Positions 19,351-29,765 are shown, numbered from the stretch's first letter. The stretch: 64,000 nucleotides of DNA from Pseudomonadota bacterium (GCA_027486675.1 JAIXOQ010000033.1:1-64000), one strand, 5' to 3'. Notes: generated by a model not told the origin, from the sequence alone. Program-made: numbers and translations.

Positions 19351-20136
19351 GTGAACTCTAGGAAACCATTTTTTGCCGCCATTGCTTCCCAACTCATCGC
19401 TGCTACGCTCACATTGATAGCGATCTATATCTGCTTCCACTCATTCAACCTAAAAATCTCTCCTATTGCAGGCACTGTTTTACAAGGAGTCTTAGCAGCA
19501 GTTGTGAGTGCACGACTGCTACAGCCAAGATGGTGGATCCCTATTCATCTCTGCTTTGCACCCGCACTCCTGATCCTTCAGTCGGTTGATATCCCAAGAT
19601 GGATCTATCTAGCTCTTTTCTTGATTCTCCTACTACTCAATTGGAACAGTTTTAAAGATCAAGTTCCGCTCTATCTCACGGGTAGACTAATGAAGAAAAA
19701 AATCCAAGCGATATTGAAAGAATCAAACTCCCCTTTTGGTTTTATCGATCTTGGCTGTGGTTTTGCCGGCACACTCTGCTATTTGTCGAAACGCTTTCCA
19801 GACTCCAAATTCGTTGGAGTTGAGACTGCGCCATTAGTATTCATTGCGGCATGGCTGAGAAGCCTCCCCTATCCCAACTGCAAAATAAGATTCAAAGACA
19901 TATGGAAAACCTCTTTAGCGCCGTATGACTTCGTTTACTGCTTTCTGTCTCCTGTGCCGATGCCGGAACTGTGGAAGAAGGCAAAACTTGAAATGAAACC
20001 AGGAACCAAATTCATGAGCAACACGTTTTCTATTCCAGGCGTCAAACCTGATGAGCTCATCGAGCTTAAGGACTGGCGCGATTCGAAGCTCCTCCTCTTT
20101 AGCATAGAAAGAAAGCCCACCCATGCAAAAGTCTGA
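19351..20136 (+). CDS. membrane-anchored class I SAM-dependent methyltransferase
   Basis: Three N-terminal TM helices then methyltransferase motif I FIDLGCGFAG; GTG start. Confidence 0.6.
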   Translation: MNSRKPFFAAIASQLIAATLTLIAIYICFHSFNLKISPIAGTVLQGVLAAVVSARLLQPRWWIPIHLCFAPALLILQSVDIPRWIYLALFLILLLLNWNSFKDQVPLYLTGRLMKKKIQAILKESNSPFGFIDLGCGFAGTLCYLSKRFPDSKFVGVETAPLVFIAAWLRSLPYPNCKIRFKDIWKTSLAPYDFVYCFLSPVPMPELWKKAKLEMKPGTKFMSNTFSIPGVKPDELIELKDWRDSKLLLFSIERKPTHAKV

Positions 20137-21310
20137 TGTTGCCATCATAGGAGCCGGCGGCGCAGGAATGATGTGCGCTATTCATGCGGGGCGCAGAGGG
20201 AGAAAGGTCGTATTGATCGATCACGCAAAGTCGATCGGCGGTAAAATCATGATTTCTGGGGGTGGTCGCTGTAATTTTACAAACACAGGAGCTAGCCCAA
20301 ACCAATACGTCTCGAAGAATTCCCACTTTTGCAAATCAGCGCTCTCTCGGTACCAGCCACCCGAATTTATCCAGATGGTTGAGGCTCACGGCATTCCTTA
20401 CCACGAAAAAAAACTGGGCCAGCTTTTCTGCGATGGATCTGCACGACAGATCGTAGATTTACTCAAAGAGGAATGCCTCAAGATCAAAGCAGAGTTCCAG
20501 CTTGCCTGCGAAGTGACCAAGATACAGAAAACAGCTGAAGGCACGTTTCAAGTAGAAACGACAGGGGGCACCTACCAATGCGAATCGCTTGTGATCGCTA
20601 CAGGTGGGCTCTCGATCCCAAAAATGGGTGCAACAGGTTTTGGATATCAACTGGCCCAGCAATTTGGTCTGAAGCTGATCGAGCGCCACGCTGCATTAGA
20701 CGGCTTCACCTTATCCGCAGAGGATGCGTCACGTTTTGCTGACCTTGCAGGGATATCAGCGGACGTCATTATGACCGCGGGTGACAAATCATTCAGAGAA
20801 AATATTCTATTCACCCACGCAGGCCTCAGCGGACCAGCTGCGCTTCAGGCTTCCTTACATTGGTATGCTGGGGAACCGGTGTCCGTAGACCTATTACCGG
20901 AAACAGACATCTTTGCCCTGTTCAAAGAACAAAAAGATCAGGGGAACAAGTCCTTACTGAAAAATTTTCTTTCCAACTATCTCTCAGCGCGTCTGGTCGA
21001 AAAGCTGTGCGAAGCGTATTTTCCATCCGCTCACCTCCCTCTCCCGCAGATTCCTGAAAAAGCTTTTCAAGAATTCTGCACATTGCTCCACAAATGGACC
21101 TTCATACCGAGTGGGACCGTAGGCTACAACAAAGCCGAGGTCACCCGAGGTGGAGTAGACACCGATGAACTTTCTTCAAAGACCATGGAAGCCAAAAAGG
21201 TAAAAGGGCTTTATTTTGTCGGCGAGGTGATCGACGTGACAGGCTGGCTAGGAGGCTATAACTTCCAGTGGGCATGGGCATCAGGAGCTGCGGCAGGCCA
21301 AGTGGTTTAG
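20123..21310 (+). CDS. HI0933/BaiN-family FAD-dependent oxidoreductase
   Basis: DVAIIGAGGAGMMCA dinucleotide-binding motif; ISGGGRCNFTN typical of the HI0933 family. Confidence 0.8.
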   Translation: MQKSDVAIIGAGGAGMMCAIHAGRRGRKVVLIDHAKSIGGKIMISGGGRCNFTNTGASPNQYVSKNSHFCKSALSRYQPPEFIQMVEAHGIPYHEKKLGQLFCDGSARQIVDLLKEECLKIKAEFQLACEVTKIQKTAEGTFQVETTGGTYQCESLVIATGGLSIPKMGATGFGYQLAQQFGLKLIERHAALDGFTLSAEDASRFADLAGISADVIMTAGDKSFRENILFTHAGLSGPAALQASLHWYAGEPVSVDLLPETDIFALFKEQKDQGNKSLLKNFLSNYLSARLVEKLCEAYFPSAHLPLPQIPEKAFQEFCTLLHKWTFIPSGTVGYNKAEVTRGGVDTDELSSKTMEAKKVKGLYFVGEVIDVTGWLGGYNFQWAWASGAAAGQVV

Positions 21311-21318
21311 TGCAAAAC

Positions 21319-22752
21319 CTAGCGTGTGGGTTTCGGTTTTAAGTCCTCTATGATCTTTTTGTAGTGATCGGCAAGGGCTCGTGGTTTTAAAGTTCCATCC
21401 AGAAAATTGGTCTTAAAGAGACCAAACGTATTTTTCGTAGTCAGAGTCCATTCAAACCCATCGAGCAATGAGTAGTAACAATATCCAATCAAAGGATAAT
21501 CGGCTGAGTTTTGAGTTCTTAAGGCCGAGATTTCCGCCACGTGAGACCTCAAATATTTTTCCCGACGCACATCACCTGCCGCACTGGAATCAGCGGCAGT
21601 CCCATTTTCAGAAATCAAGATTGGGATCATTTTCCCTCGTGCCTTTTTGATACGTGCAACAGCAGACATCAAAGTGGTGCGAAGTCCGATCGGTTTATTC
21701 TCCCATTTCAGTGGATCATAAAGATCACGTGTTTCCTGAGATACCGGCTTCCCCTCGGCCTCTTCGGTCAGACACTTGGGGCAAATGGGGCTGGAGGTGT
21801 AATAGTTCACAGCAAGAAAGTCTTCAGTCCCCTTTAGGCCGGGAACAACTTCTGTGAAATCTTTCAGACTTGAATCAGCCATCTTTGCCAGCCAATTAAA
21901 ACTCAATCTTACGGTACCCGTTTCCAGTGCATCGAGCATGGTCCAGTTAAATACCTGATCCACCACGTCACGAGTCTGCTGTTCGACGATCTTAAGCAAT
22001 CCTGGCTTTGCCGTAAATTCCCGAAAATGGTGAGCGATACCGACTTGTGTTCCAGGCAACGTAGACTTTAAAACCTTGTAGGCAAGGATGTGCGCTTTAA
22101 GCACATTCACAAAGGGACGCATAGCTGCATCCACAGGGCCCTTTCGCACAGGCGGCGTTTCAGCGCCGACGTAACCACCTAAGACATGAGTCATCGGCTC
22201 TTGAAAAGTAATGAATGTTTTTACCTTGGGGGCGATTTCGGCCCTGACCTTTTTTACGAAGCCCTCAAAAAGGGTGGGAGAGTTATCCTTCAGCCAACCC
22301 GGCTTTCCTTTGACCTTTTCCTCCTGAAACCAGGCAGGGAGCGAATAATTAGAAAGAGTAACTATGGGTTCGACATTCATCCCCTCTAATGCACGAATAA
22401 AAGCGGCGTACTTTTGAATCGCACTTTCGTCAAATGTACCCTCTGTTGGCTCAACCCTGGACCACTCCACAGAGAACCGAAAGGCAGTGAGACCAAGATA
22501 TTTGATCGCGTCTAAGGCCTCGCTAAATTCATTCTTCCAAACATGAGCGGCATCTCCACTGGTCTCGTCCGATCTCTTTTCTATCTTCCGGAGGAATTCG
22601 AACTTCCACCAATCACTTTTGACGTTCTTTCCTTCAACGACGTTCCCGGCTGTTGTGGCACACCATTTGAACTCGGCTGGAAGCGCCGCCCGAGCTCCAC
22701 GCGCTAAAACTAGAACCAGTAAAACCGTCGCCGACGTGTTTACTAATTTCAT
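21319..22752 (-). CDS. glycoside hydrolase family 1 (beta-glucosidase-like) with signal peptide
   Basis: ISENG nucleophile motif, TFQEP acid/base region; start taken at MKLVNTSATVLLVLVLA. Confidence 0.7.
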   Translation of the reverse strand: MKLVNTSATVLLVLVLARGARAALPAEFKWCATTAGNVVEGKNVKSDWWKFEFLRKIEKRSDETSGDAAHVWKNEFSEALDAIKYLGLTAFRFSVEWSRVEPTEGTFDESAIQKYAAFIRALEGMNVEPIVTLSNYSLPAWFQEEKVKGKPGWLKDNSPTLFEGFVKKVRAEIAPKVKTFITFQEPMTHVLGGYVGAETPPVRKGPVDAAMRPFVNVLKAHILAYKVLKSTLPGTQVGIAHHFREFTAKPGLLKIVEQQTRDVVDQVFNWTMLDALETGTVRLSFNWLAKMADSSLKDFTEVVPGLKGTEDFLAVNYYTSSPICPKCLTEEAEGKPVSQETRDLYDPLKWENKPIGLRTTLMSAVARIKKARGKMIPILISENGTAADSSAAGDVRREKYLRSHVAEISALRTQNSADYPLIGYCYYSLLDGFEWTLTTKNTFGLFKTNFLDGTLKPRALADHYKKIIEDLKPKPTR

Positions 22753-22805
22753 TGTTTCCAAGAATAGTCTCAGGATCAGGCACACTCAATGGATAATATG
22801 TCGAA

Positions 22806-23915
22806 ATGGCAAAAAACGATGAAACTGCCTTTAAACATTGGATAAGCCCAGAATTACTGAGCCGTATCTCACTTGCGATCCTGAAATCTTATCCAGAATT
22901 TGACCGCATTCAGTTTGAGGGCCTCGCAGAAAAACTCATTCCCCTTGAGCTCAAGGCACGTGTTCAGCTGGTCAGAAACCAGCTGCGGGCGCAACTTCCT
23001 GAAGCCTTTCCAGTAGCTTTAAAGATTCTTCTCAACTCGACGAAACACGGATCCCTGAAGTCCTTTGACCTTTGGCCCTACACAGAGTTTGTACAGACCT
23101 ATGGTCTTAGACACTTAGAAATTTCCTTAGATGCACTGGCTGAATTCACGAAGCTCTTTACGTCTGAGTTCGCAGTCAGGCCGTTCTTAAAAACAGAGGA
23201 AAAGCGGACTATCGAATACCTCATGCAGTGCGCACATTCTAAGAATGAGCACCTCAGACGTTGGGCCTCAGAGGGCTCCCGCCCGAGACTCCCTTGGGGA
23301 GAACGTTTGGATGGATTTATCACTCACCCTGAAAAAACCGTACCTATTCTGGAAGTTCTTAAAAATGATCCCGCGCTCTACGTCAGAAAAAGTGTTGCCA
23401 ATCACCTCAATGACATCACGAAGGATCATCCAGGGCTTGTGATTAAGCTTTTGAAACAGTGGATCAAGGACGCTCTTCCTCCTCAAAAGAGGAATATTGA
23501 ATGGATCATTCATCGTGCGCTGCGTACAGAGATCAAAAACGGAAATCCAAGCGCCTTAGCGCTGATCGGGGTGAAAAGCACCGCGGCCTTTGCGTTGCGC
23601 CGATTCTCAATCAATGGGAAACAATTTAGCATCGATGACAAAATTGAGATGGATATAGAAATTAAATCCGAAGCGCTTCGGCCTCAAAAACTCGTAGTGG
23701 ATTACATCGTGCATTTCGCTCGTGCCTCGGGGAAGACCTCAGCCAAAGTGTTCAAACTGAAAACGGTGACACTCAAAGGCGAAGAAGTATTGAGAATCAA
23801 GAAACACCACAGCCTGAAAGAAGTCACAACCAGAAAACACTACCCAGGCGCTCATGCCATAGAGCTTCAGATCAACGGTCAAAAATTAAAAAGGGTCTCC
23901 TGGAGGCTCAGTTAG
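22806..23915 (+). CDS. HEAT-repeat DNA alkylation repair protein family (AlkC/AlkD-like)
   Basis: 369 aa, all-alpha HEAT-like repeats; RRWASEGSRPRLPWG motif. Confidence 0.45.
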   Translation: MAKNDETAFKHWISPELLSRISLAILKSYPEFDRIQFEGLAEKLIPLELKARVQLVRNQLRAQLPEAFPVALKILLNSTKHGSLKSFDLWPYTEFVQTYGLRHLEISLDALAEFTKLFTSEFAVRPFLKTEEKRTIEYLMQCAHSKNEHLRRWASEGSRPRLPWGERLDGFITHPEKTVPILEVLKNDPALYVRKSVANHLNDITKDHPGLVIKLLKQWIKDALPPQKRNIEWIIHRALRTEIKNGNPSALALIGVKSTAAFALRRFSINGKQFSIDDKIEMDIEIKSEALRPQKLVVDYIVHFARASGKTSAKVFKLKTVTLKGEEVLRIKKHHSLKEVTTRKHYPGAHAIELQINGQKLKRVSWRLS

Positions 23916-24331
23916 CGACGACGTCCTCGATGATCTCTTCTGTCTTGACGCCGTTCTTTCACTCGTTCAATCCGGTTCTTCCGTTCCTCTTTTGGAAGGC
24001 GTCTAAATCGCGTGACTCTCATCCGCACTCTTCTTTGTTGATCCGGGTCAAGGCTTCTAAACTTTCTATAACGCTCGCGGATCTCGCTCTGTCGGCCTGG
24101 TTCCATTTTTTTGAACCGTTCATGCCGTAAGCGCAATTCTTTTTGCTGATCTGGATTCATCTCTTTCCAGCGCTGATATTGTCCCCGAATACGGACACGA
24201 TCCGCTTCACTCATCGCATTCCACTTCGCACGCGCTGAAACATCAGCGCTCAGACTTTCATCCAAAGCATAGGCCGGCCGGATCGCAACAGACAAAAATA
24301 CCGACAATATCAGCAGAAGCATTCGATTCAT
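23912..24331 (-). CDS. DUF3106-like periplasmic repeat protein
   Basis: Signal peptide; repeated W/R..L.P.QQ..R motifs; sits in the ECF sigma operon. Confidence 0.5.
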   Translation of the reverse strand: MNRMLLLILSVFLSVAIRPAYALDESLSADVSARAKWNAMSEADRVRIRGQYQRWKEMNPDQQKELRLRHERFKKMEPGRQSEIRERYRKFRSLDPDQQRRVRMRVTRFRRLPKEERKNRIERVKERRQDRRDHRGRRR

Positions 24332-24534
24332 TTCTGAGTCCCCTCGTTTGGCAGCAGTTCCGGAGATGAAGGCTCTTCTTCATGCTCAGGCTTCTCTTCC
24401 GCTGCATCCGCCAGAATCAAATCAAAGTCTTCAAAGAACTCAAGATCTTTGAGGATCTCTGCATCCACATCTGTTGCTGCAAGTGCCACTGCAGAACAAA
24501 ATGCCACCGAAAGAAATGTTTTATTAACCTTCAT
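24328..24534 (-). CDS. small acidic secreted protein
   Basis: Start taken at MKVNKTFLSVAFCSAVALA; E/D-rich mature region. Confidence 0.4.
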   Translation of the reverse strand: MKVNKTFLSVAFCSAVALAATDVDAEILKDLEFFEDFDLILADAAEEKPEHEEEPSSPELLPNEGTQK

Positions 24535-24901
24535 TCTGCTCCTCCGGAAGCAACTCGGCCCAATCTTCCTCATCTATTGAAACCAGCAGATCGTCCTCTA
24601 AACCTTCCGCAAATTCGAAATCCTCAATCAGTTCAAACGCCTCGAAGAGCACGACACCATCCTTCGGATCTAGGTTTGTGGGATTGGTTTTAGTGAACAA
24701 GAGATAACTCCCGGACCCTAATACGAGCAGCGTTAAAAATGCGGGCACTCTACTTTTGTAGCGATACAACTGGATCAGCCGATCCAACCAGGAATCCTGA
24801 GGAAACTCGGATTCAAATTTGTGCCAAAATTCGCGATCAAAGGATCGAGAAGGCTTAACTTGAGTTTTAGTCCGTAACCTATGGAAGAAGTCTTCTTTCA
24901 C
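24524..24901 (-). CDS. putative anti-sigma factor (single-pass membrane protein)
   Basis: Directly follows the ECF sigma gene with a 4-nt overlap; one TM helix; acidic C-terminus. Confidence 0.4.
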   Translation of the reverse strand: MKEDFFHRLRTKTQVKPSRSFDREFWHKFESEFPQDSWLDRLIQLYRYKSRVPAFLTLLVLGSGSYLLFTKTNPTNLDPKDGVVLFEAFELIEDFEFAEGLEDDLLVSIDEEDWAELLPEEQNEG

Positions 24902-25392
24902 ACTAACGCCCCACCCTCAGATGCAAAACATTCTTTCAGTCGCTGCTTAGCTCTGAAAATTTCAGTCTTGATTGTCCCAAGCGGCCAACCCATCAATTCA
25001 GAAATTTCTTGATACCCGAGCTCGGAATGAACCCTCAAAGCGATGACTTCGCGCGTCGCATCTGGCAATAATCCGAGACACTTCTCAATCCTAGCTCGAT
25101 CTGTAGCAGCGATCAGCAGCGCTTCTGCACTCTCTGCTTCATCGACGATTTCGCGCTCGATCTCTTCGCCTTTGTGTGTTCCGAACATGGGGACTTCAGA
25201 CTTTCTTCTTAAGTGATCGAGTGCCGTATTCTTTGCGATAGCCCATAGCCACGTCGTAACCTTTGATCCTTCCAAAAATGACTCCCGATTTCGGTAAGCT
25301 TTGAGGAAGACTTCTTGGGTAAGCTCTTCGGCAATCCGATGCTCCCGAACCATCAGCCTAACAAAATTTAGAATTGGACCTCTCCATTGCAT
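24898..25392 (-). CDS. ECF (sigma-70 family group 4) RNA polymerase sigma factor
   Basis: EVFLKAYRNRESF...TWLWAIAKNTALDHLRR region 2; region 4 HTH; start taken at MQWRGP. Confidence 0.85.
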   Translation of the reverse strand: MQWRGPILNFVRLMVREHRIAEELTQEVFLKAYRNRESFLEGSKVTTWLWAIAKNTALDHLRRKSEVPMFGTHKGEEIEREIVDEAESAEALLIAATDRARIEKCLGLLPDATREVIALRVHSELGYQEISELMGWPLGTIKTEIFRAKQRLKECFASEGGALV

Positions 25393-25567
25393 ATAAAACA
25401 CCTGGAAGGAACTGCGGCTCGATAATGGGTGGCTCTCGTCACGCATAGAGTGGGCTACAGCTTCTCCTAGATATAGGACGGATCAGAAGGCCAAAAGTTT
25501 CAAGATGTCTTAGAATATTCATTTTATTCATTCTGAAACTATTTTTCCCCTCCTGCGTCTTATCCCT

Positions 25568-26032
25568 ATGAACAAACGAAAGGACTACAATGCCATGACC
25601 CTGAAACTACTGCCAATTGCCGCTTTAGGCATAACTCTACTCTCCCTCTCTGCAGAGGCCAGCCGCGAAGATTTCCGGCAACATAGACAACGCACTCGCA
25701 TCCGCGAAGGTGTTCGTTCGGGCGAACTGACACGGCCTGAGGCACGTCATGCCCGCCAGGATCAACGAAAGATTCAAGGCTTGGAGAACCGGCTTGAAAA
25801 CGCCCGCGCTTCAGGCAATGAAAAGAAGGCTGATCGCTTAGAAAATAAGATCGAAAAGGTTCAGGATCGTGCAAGTCGCAGGCTCTATAAAAACAAACAT
25901 GACGACGACTCCCGTCCGTACAGTGGAGCGGAACATTCCCCAGGCGACGACCATGGTGGAAACAGTTCTAACAACTCCACTCCGCAATCTCCTGTAGCTC
26001 CAAGCACCCCGGGCAGCGCGACAGGCCAATGA
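25568..26032 (+). CDS. hypothetical secreted protein (basic/coiled-coil)
   Basis: Signal peptide MTLKLLPIAALGITLLSLSAEA; divergent from the ECF sigma operon. Confidence 0.45.
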   Translation: MNKRKDYNAMTLKLLPIAALGITLLSLSAEASREDFRQHRQRTRIREGVRSGELTRPEARHARQDQRKIQGLENRLENARASGNEKKADRLENKIEKVQDRASRRLYKNKHDDDSRPYSGAEHSPGDDHGGNSSNNSTPQSPVAPSTPGSATGQ

Positions 26033-26991
26033 TCTTCGCTCTAGCTCTGATTCTTCTTTTCCCGGTTACCGGAAACGCACAAGAAGAGGAGGCCTCTCCA
26101 GAGGCTGAATCCTATACCCGTGGTTCTTCGGTAACCGGGGATATCACCGTAGGACGTGATGAATACCGACAAACATCGGTCAGCGCGTCACTCGGTCAAT
26201 CTGAATCTACCGCTCTCTTGCTGCGGATCAGTCGATCTACGAATGCGTTCACCGATGCCGCAAGTTCGGCATCCGCCGGCGTCGATATCGATGAAGGCAG
26301 CCTGAGTCGCTTGCGCATTATGGGTAACTATTACGTTGAGCCCTTTGATGTTCGAGGCCTAGGAGGCAGTGCGCGCACGGACTGGCGCATCAGTGACCTT
26401 TGGAAGAGTGATCTCCTGACTCAGATTGGTGCGGATATCCAAGGAACCTACTATTGGGAAAAGGGTGGAGCTGGGACTGAGGCCGAGACAACAGAAACTG
26501 AAACCGAGTCCACCTCGGGTAAAGGACGCGGCAGAGGGCGGGGCCGAGGCGGTAGCACCAGTACCATTCTGAGCAGCAATGGGGTTTGGCAGCTGAGCAC
26601 TGGAGTCTTTGCAAGTCAGGACCTCAGCAAGACCATCAGTATTGATATCAGCGCTCGGAAGTATTTTTATCTCGGCTCAAATCTAGAAGACGGAAACACC
26701 GCAATCAGCGATCGTCCATTCACCACCAGCAACATGGCTTCACTCGTGGATGGTTTTCCTTCCTGGATGGCAGAGATTGGGAGTTTTTGGTCCGGTATTG
26801 AAAAACTCTCTTTAGGTGGATTCATTGGGTTCACACGAGCACGATCAACCTCGTCTGGGATCTTAGTCAGTCCAGGTGCTGAGGGAACTTTCTATTTCAG
26901 CAAGAACTGGTCTGCGGGACTCAGTGTTTCAAAAACGATTTCACCGAGCTCGACCCTCACATCTATCTTTGCTTCGTATCGATGGCCCTAA
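26029..26991 (+). CDS. hypothetical secreted protein, possible outer-membrane beta-barrel (C-terminal ...YRWP, GRGRGRGRG tract)
   Basis: Signal peptide, alternating amphipathic segments. Confidence 0.4.
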   Translation: MIFALALILLFPVTGNAQEEEASPEAESYTRGSSVTGDITVGRDEYRQTSVSASLGQSESTALLLRISRSTNAFTDAASSASAGVDIDEGSLSRLRIMGNYYVEPFDVRGLGGSARTDWRISDLWKSDLLTQIGADIQGTYYWEKGGAGTEAETTETETESTSGKGRGRGRGRGGSTSTILSSNGVWQLSTGVFASQDLSKTISIDISARKYFYLGSNLEDGNTAISDRPFTTSNMASLVDGFPSWMAEIGSFWSGIEKLSLGGFIGFTRARSTSSGILVSPGAEGTFYFSKNWSAGLSVSKTISPSSTLTSIFASYRWP

Positions 26992-27368
26992 TACGGCTGA
27001 AGACTCTGCAAGTTGACTAAAGGGCATTGCAAGGACGGATTTAAGGGACAACTCCCTTGGCTAAAGCTTCCGACAAACCGGACACGGTAGATCAAAGCAC
27101 TAGCAGTTTGTGAAATCGGTGCGATGCTGAGCTGATTGTTATAAAGCTGATTTAGAACATTCACGGCATCAAAGCTTGAACCGTTGGTATTCACATAGTG
27201 GTGAGTGCTTGCAAAATAAAGGCTACTGCCGCCCCCAATGATCCCCTGAACCGGAACATTGAGCTGCCCCTCTTGAACACCCGTTTGATTGTTGATGTTG
27301 ACCGCGTTGTTGTTGCCGAGTCCGCAACCGAAGAAAACAAGGGCCAGCGTGAAAAAGCAGTACTGCAT
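26988..27368 (-). CDS. hypothetical secreted protein / possible lipoprotein
   Basis: N-terminal hydrophobic segment with FFGCG. Confidence 0.35.
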   Translation of the reverse strand: MQYCFFTLALVFFGCGLGNNNAVNINNQTGVQEGQLNVPVQGIIGGGSSLYFASTHHYVNTNGSSFDAVNVLNQLYNNQLSIAPISQTASALIYRVRFVGSFSQGSCPLNPSLQCPLVNLQSLQPY

Positions 27369-27417
27369 GACTGTTAAAACCCCCGGACCTTATTTTGCCA
27401 CAAGGCAGCGTCAATTT

Positions 27418-27786
27418 TCAGGCGACGCTGGACCCGACACTGATGGCCCAATAGATCAAGACTCCCTGAAGGGGCAGGCGTAAGAAGAGCACCCACTTTG
27501 GGATTCCTGTCCCCTCTTGCCCTAAGCGAAGCATATGAATATTTGCAGGAAAAACCGCCACTAAAAGTGCAACCAATCCCCAAGTGGCCAGTACTTTGAG
27601 CCCCGCAACCTGCACCAACAAACCCAATAAAATCTCAGCAAATCCACAGAGGAGGTTCAGCTCTTTAGGATAAGGAAGCCACGGCGGCATGATCTTCAAG
27701 TACATCCTAGGCCGAACGAAATGCATCAGCCCTGCTGCGACATAAAATGCCGTCATCGCGACGGAGCTCAAGACCTGAATGGTCAC
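27418..27786 (-). CDS. DoxX-like family membrane protein
   Basis: 122 aa, 4 TM helices. Confidence 0.55.
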   Translation of the reverse strand: MTIQVLSSVAMTAFYVAAGLMHFVRPRMYLKIMPPWLPYPKELNLLCGFAEILLGLLVQVAGLKVLATWGLVALLVAVFPANIHMLRLGQEGTGIPKWVLFLRLPLQGVLIYWAISVGSSVA

Positions 27787-27792
27787 AAAAAC

Positions 27793-28701
27793 CTAGTCGA
27801 TCCCCTTAGAGATGCCCATCAGTTGATGCATCGTGCGCTGCATACCATCGGTCGAACCATCTAAGAACAACATGTTACCCTTGCCTTGTTCAGCTACGCT
27901 CTTCAATGTTTCGGTCCACATCGCAAATAGAAGTAAAGACGAGTCGAGCTGCGCAGAGCTCATGGAGCGAGCCGCCTCACTCATCCCCTTAGCAACTTCT
28001 TGTCTGAAAAGCGCGACACCCTGCCCCCGAAGTTGTGCGGCCTGACGCTCCGCTTCTGCAGCAATACGAATGGCATTTCCTTCGGCTTCAGCACTCTTGG
28101 TTTTCGTGATCAAGAGTGCTTGGCCTTCATTCTCTGCAGCCGCCTTCAAATTGTTAGATGCAACGACCTTCGCCATCGAATCAATAATCGCCTGATCAAA
28201 GGTGATGTCATTTAACTGCAGGTCAATCAGATGATAACCCCAGCCCTCTAAGGTGCTGTCGATTTGGCCCTTCACTTCTTGTACGATTTCACGCCTAAGT
28301 CCCAAAACCTCAGACTGGCGCTTCGTTGCGACGTAGCCCCGGATGCTTCCTTCAATGGTCCGCACCAATGCCTGCATGAAGCTCCGCTCATCCATAAATT
28401 TGAAAGCGACGTTCTTCACAGTTTCTTCTTCTTGGTTAAGTACGGCGTACAGAAGCATCGTCTTAAAATAGACATTTGCCTGATCCACGGTGATGGCTTG
28501 GAACTCAAGCTCCACCGAACGATGCTGAACCGAAATCACACGAAAAATCGATTCGATTACAGGAATTCTAAAGTTAAGCCCCGCCTGCATCATACGACGG
28601 TATTTACCAAAGACGGTGACCACCGCCATCGTGCCTTGTTGCACAGTTACGAAACAGGTCACGACCAAAAAACCTAAACCCACAATAAGAATCCAAGACA
28701 T
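27793..28701 (-). CDS. SPFH/band-7 (stomatin-prohibitin) family protein
   Basis: N-terminal TM helix + SPFH core; C-terminal coiled-coil AEAERQAAQLRG. Confidence 0.8.
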   Translation of the reverse strand: MSWILIVGLGFLVVTCFVTVQQGTMAVVTVFGKYRRMMQAGLNFRIPVIESIFRVISVQHRSVELEFQAITVDQANVYFKTMLLYAVLNQEEETVKNVAFKFMDERSFMQALVRTIEGSIRGYVATKRQSEVLGLRREIVQEVKGQIDSTLEGWGYHLIDLQLNDITFDQAIIDSMAKVVASNNLKAAAENEGQALLITKTKSAEAEGNAIRIAAEAERQAAQLRGQGVALFRQEVAKGMSEAARSMSSAQLDSSLLLFAMWTETLKSVAEQGKGNMLFLDGSTDGMQRTMHQLMGISKGID

Positions 28702-28743
28702 CTCTCAAACCTCCCACCCGCGGGATTTGCGGTCAACCCCGAA

Positions 28744-29658
28744 CTAACTGCCCCCTAAGCCGTCTGAAAAGGCTGTGAGCTCGGTATTGTGATATCGAGT
28801 GTATATGGACAGATGGTCAATCAGGCCTTGCACCGTTTTCGTGGTGCACCAGGTCCTGCGGAATAGCCGGTTCATATTCGCCCGCAACATCGCGCAAGTG
28901 TGATTGAGCGAAAATAGAGGATCAAACTTAAGCTTCTTAAGCTCCCCTTGGCCGGTGATGGATCCGCGGCCGCCCGGGTTTTGCGTATGAGAACAGAGCG
29001 GGAAGTGTTTCTTTAGAATTTTTGGATAATGGGGATTTTCATCGGAAGTGAATTCTGCTGTATCTGTCACGTAGGGCTTTAGGTCCCGCATGAGTTGCTC
29101 CCATCCCTTGCGACGCTCGTCCGGACGGTAGCCGTACTTACGCAAAGCAGTTTTTGCAAGCAGCCCCTTAGCGGGCATCTTTGATACCCGGAAACCCAAG
29201 ATTTTACGTGTTTTTGGATCGACCGCGAGCGCCACACTGAGCGGCTTACATTTGGTGTGTTCACTCGTCTCTAGGTCGTCAAACTGCACAGAGACCAGGG
29301 GCTGTTTTAAAAAAGGCGCGATGGTCTGTTGATGCTGCAATCGAGCCTGTTCGGCAAGAAAACGAAAGCGCCGGACTACGGTCTTTGGGTTCACGCCTAG
29401 GACTTTAGCCGCTCTGCGCTGAGAGACACCTGAACAGAAGAGCTTCATCAATATCGGATTGATGTGACGCTTCTTCTGCCAGTAGCGTGGATCAAAAGTC
29501 GCTTTTGAAAAGTACCTTCCACAGAGCCTGCAGAAGTAGCGCTGGATGTAGCGGCTATCTGAAGCTCGGTAGGAGGACCCATTTCGGACGATGTGTTTTG
29601 TTTTTGTAGCCAAGTGAGGCTGCGGGACGCACTTAGAATTGGGGCAGCTGATTTTCAT
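28744..29658 (-). CDS. IS1-family transposase (fused InsA-InsB type)
   Basis: N-terminal zinc ribbon CPNSKC...CRLCGRYF; HTH RRAAKVLGVNPKTVVRRF; C-terminal InsB-like region ending ...LIDHLSIYTRYHN; stop codon lies inside the left IR. Confidence 0.65.
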   Translation of the reverse strand: MKISCPNSKCVPQPHLATKTKHIVRNGSSYRASDSRYIQRYFCRLCGRYFSKATFDPRYWQKKRHINPILMKLFCSGVSQRRAAKVLGVNPKTVVRRFRFLAEQARLQHQQTIAPFLKQPLVSVQFDDLETSEHTKCKPLSVALAVDPKTRKILGFRVSKMPAKGLLAKTALRKYGYRPDERRKGWEQLMRDLKPYVTDTAEFTSDENPHYPKILKKHFPLCSHTQNPGGRGSITGQGELKKLKFDPLFSLNHTCAMLRANMNRLFRRTWCTTKTVQGLIDHLSIYTRYHNTELTAFSDGLGGS

Positions 29659-29759
29659 GCCCTGCGATAGATCAAGATTTAGGCCAAGATTACTCTGGAA
29701 TCTTCGCGCATCTCGCCCGCCACCTCCCTCAAATATCAGACGGCTTAGGGGGCAGTTAG
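28744..29759 (-). mobile_element. IS1-family insertion sequence (1016 bp) with perfect 24-bp terminal inverted repeats
   Basis: CTAACTGCCCCCTAAGCCGTCTGA at 28744-28767 and its exact reverse complement at 29736-29759 bracket a single transposase ORF; no flanking direct repeat. Confidence 0.75.
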
Positions 29760-29765
29760 AACAAC

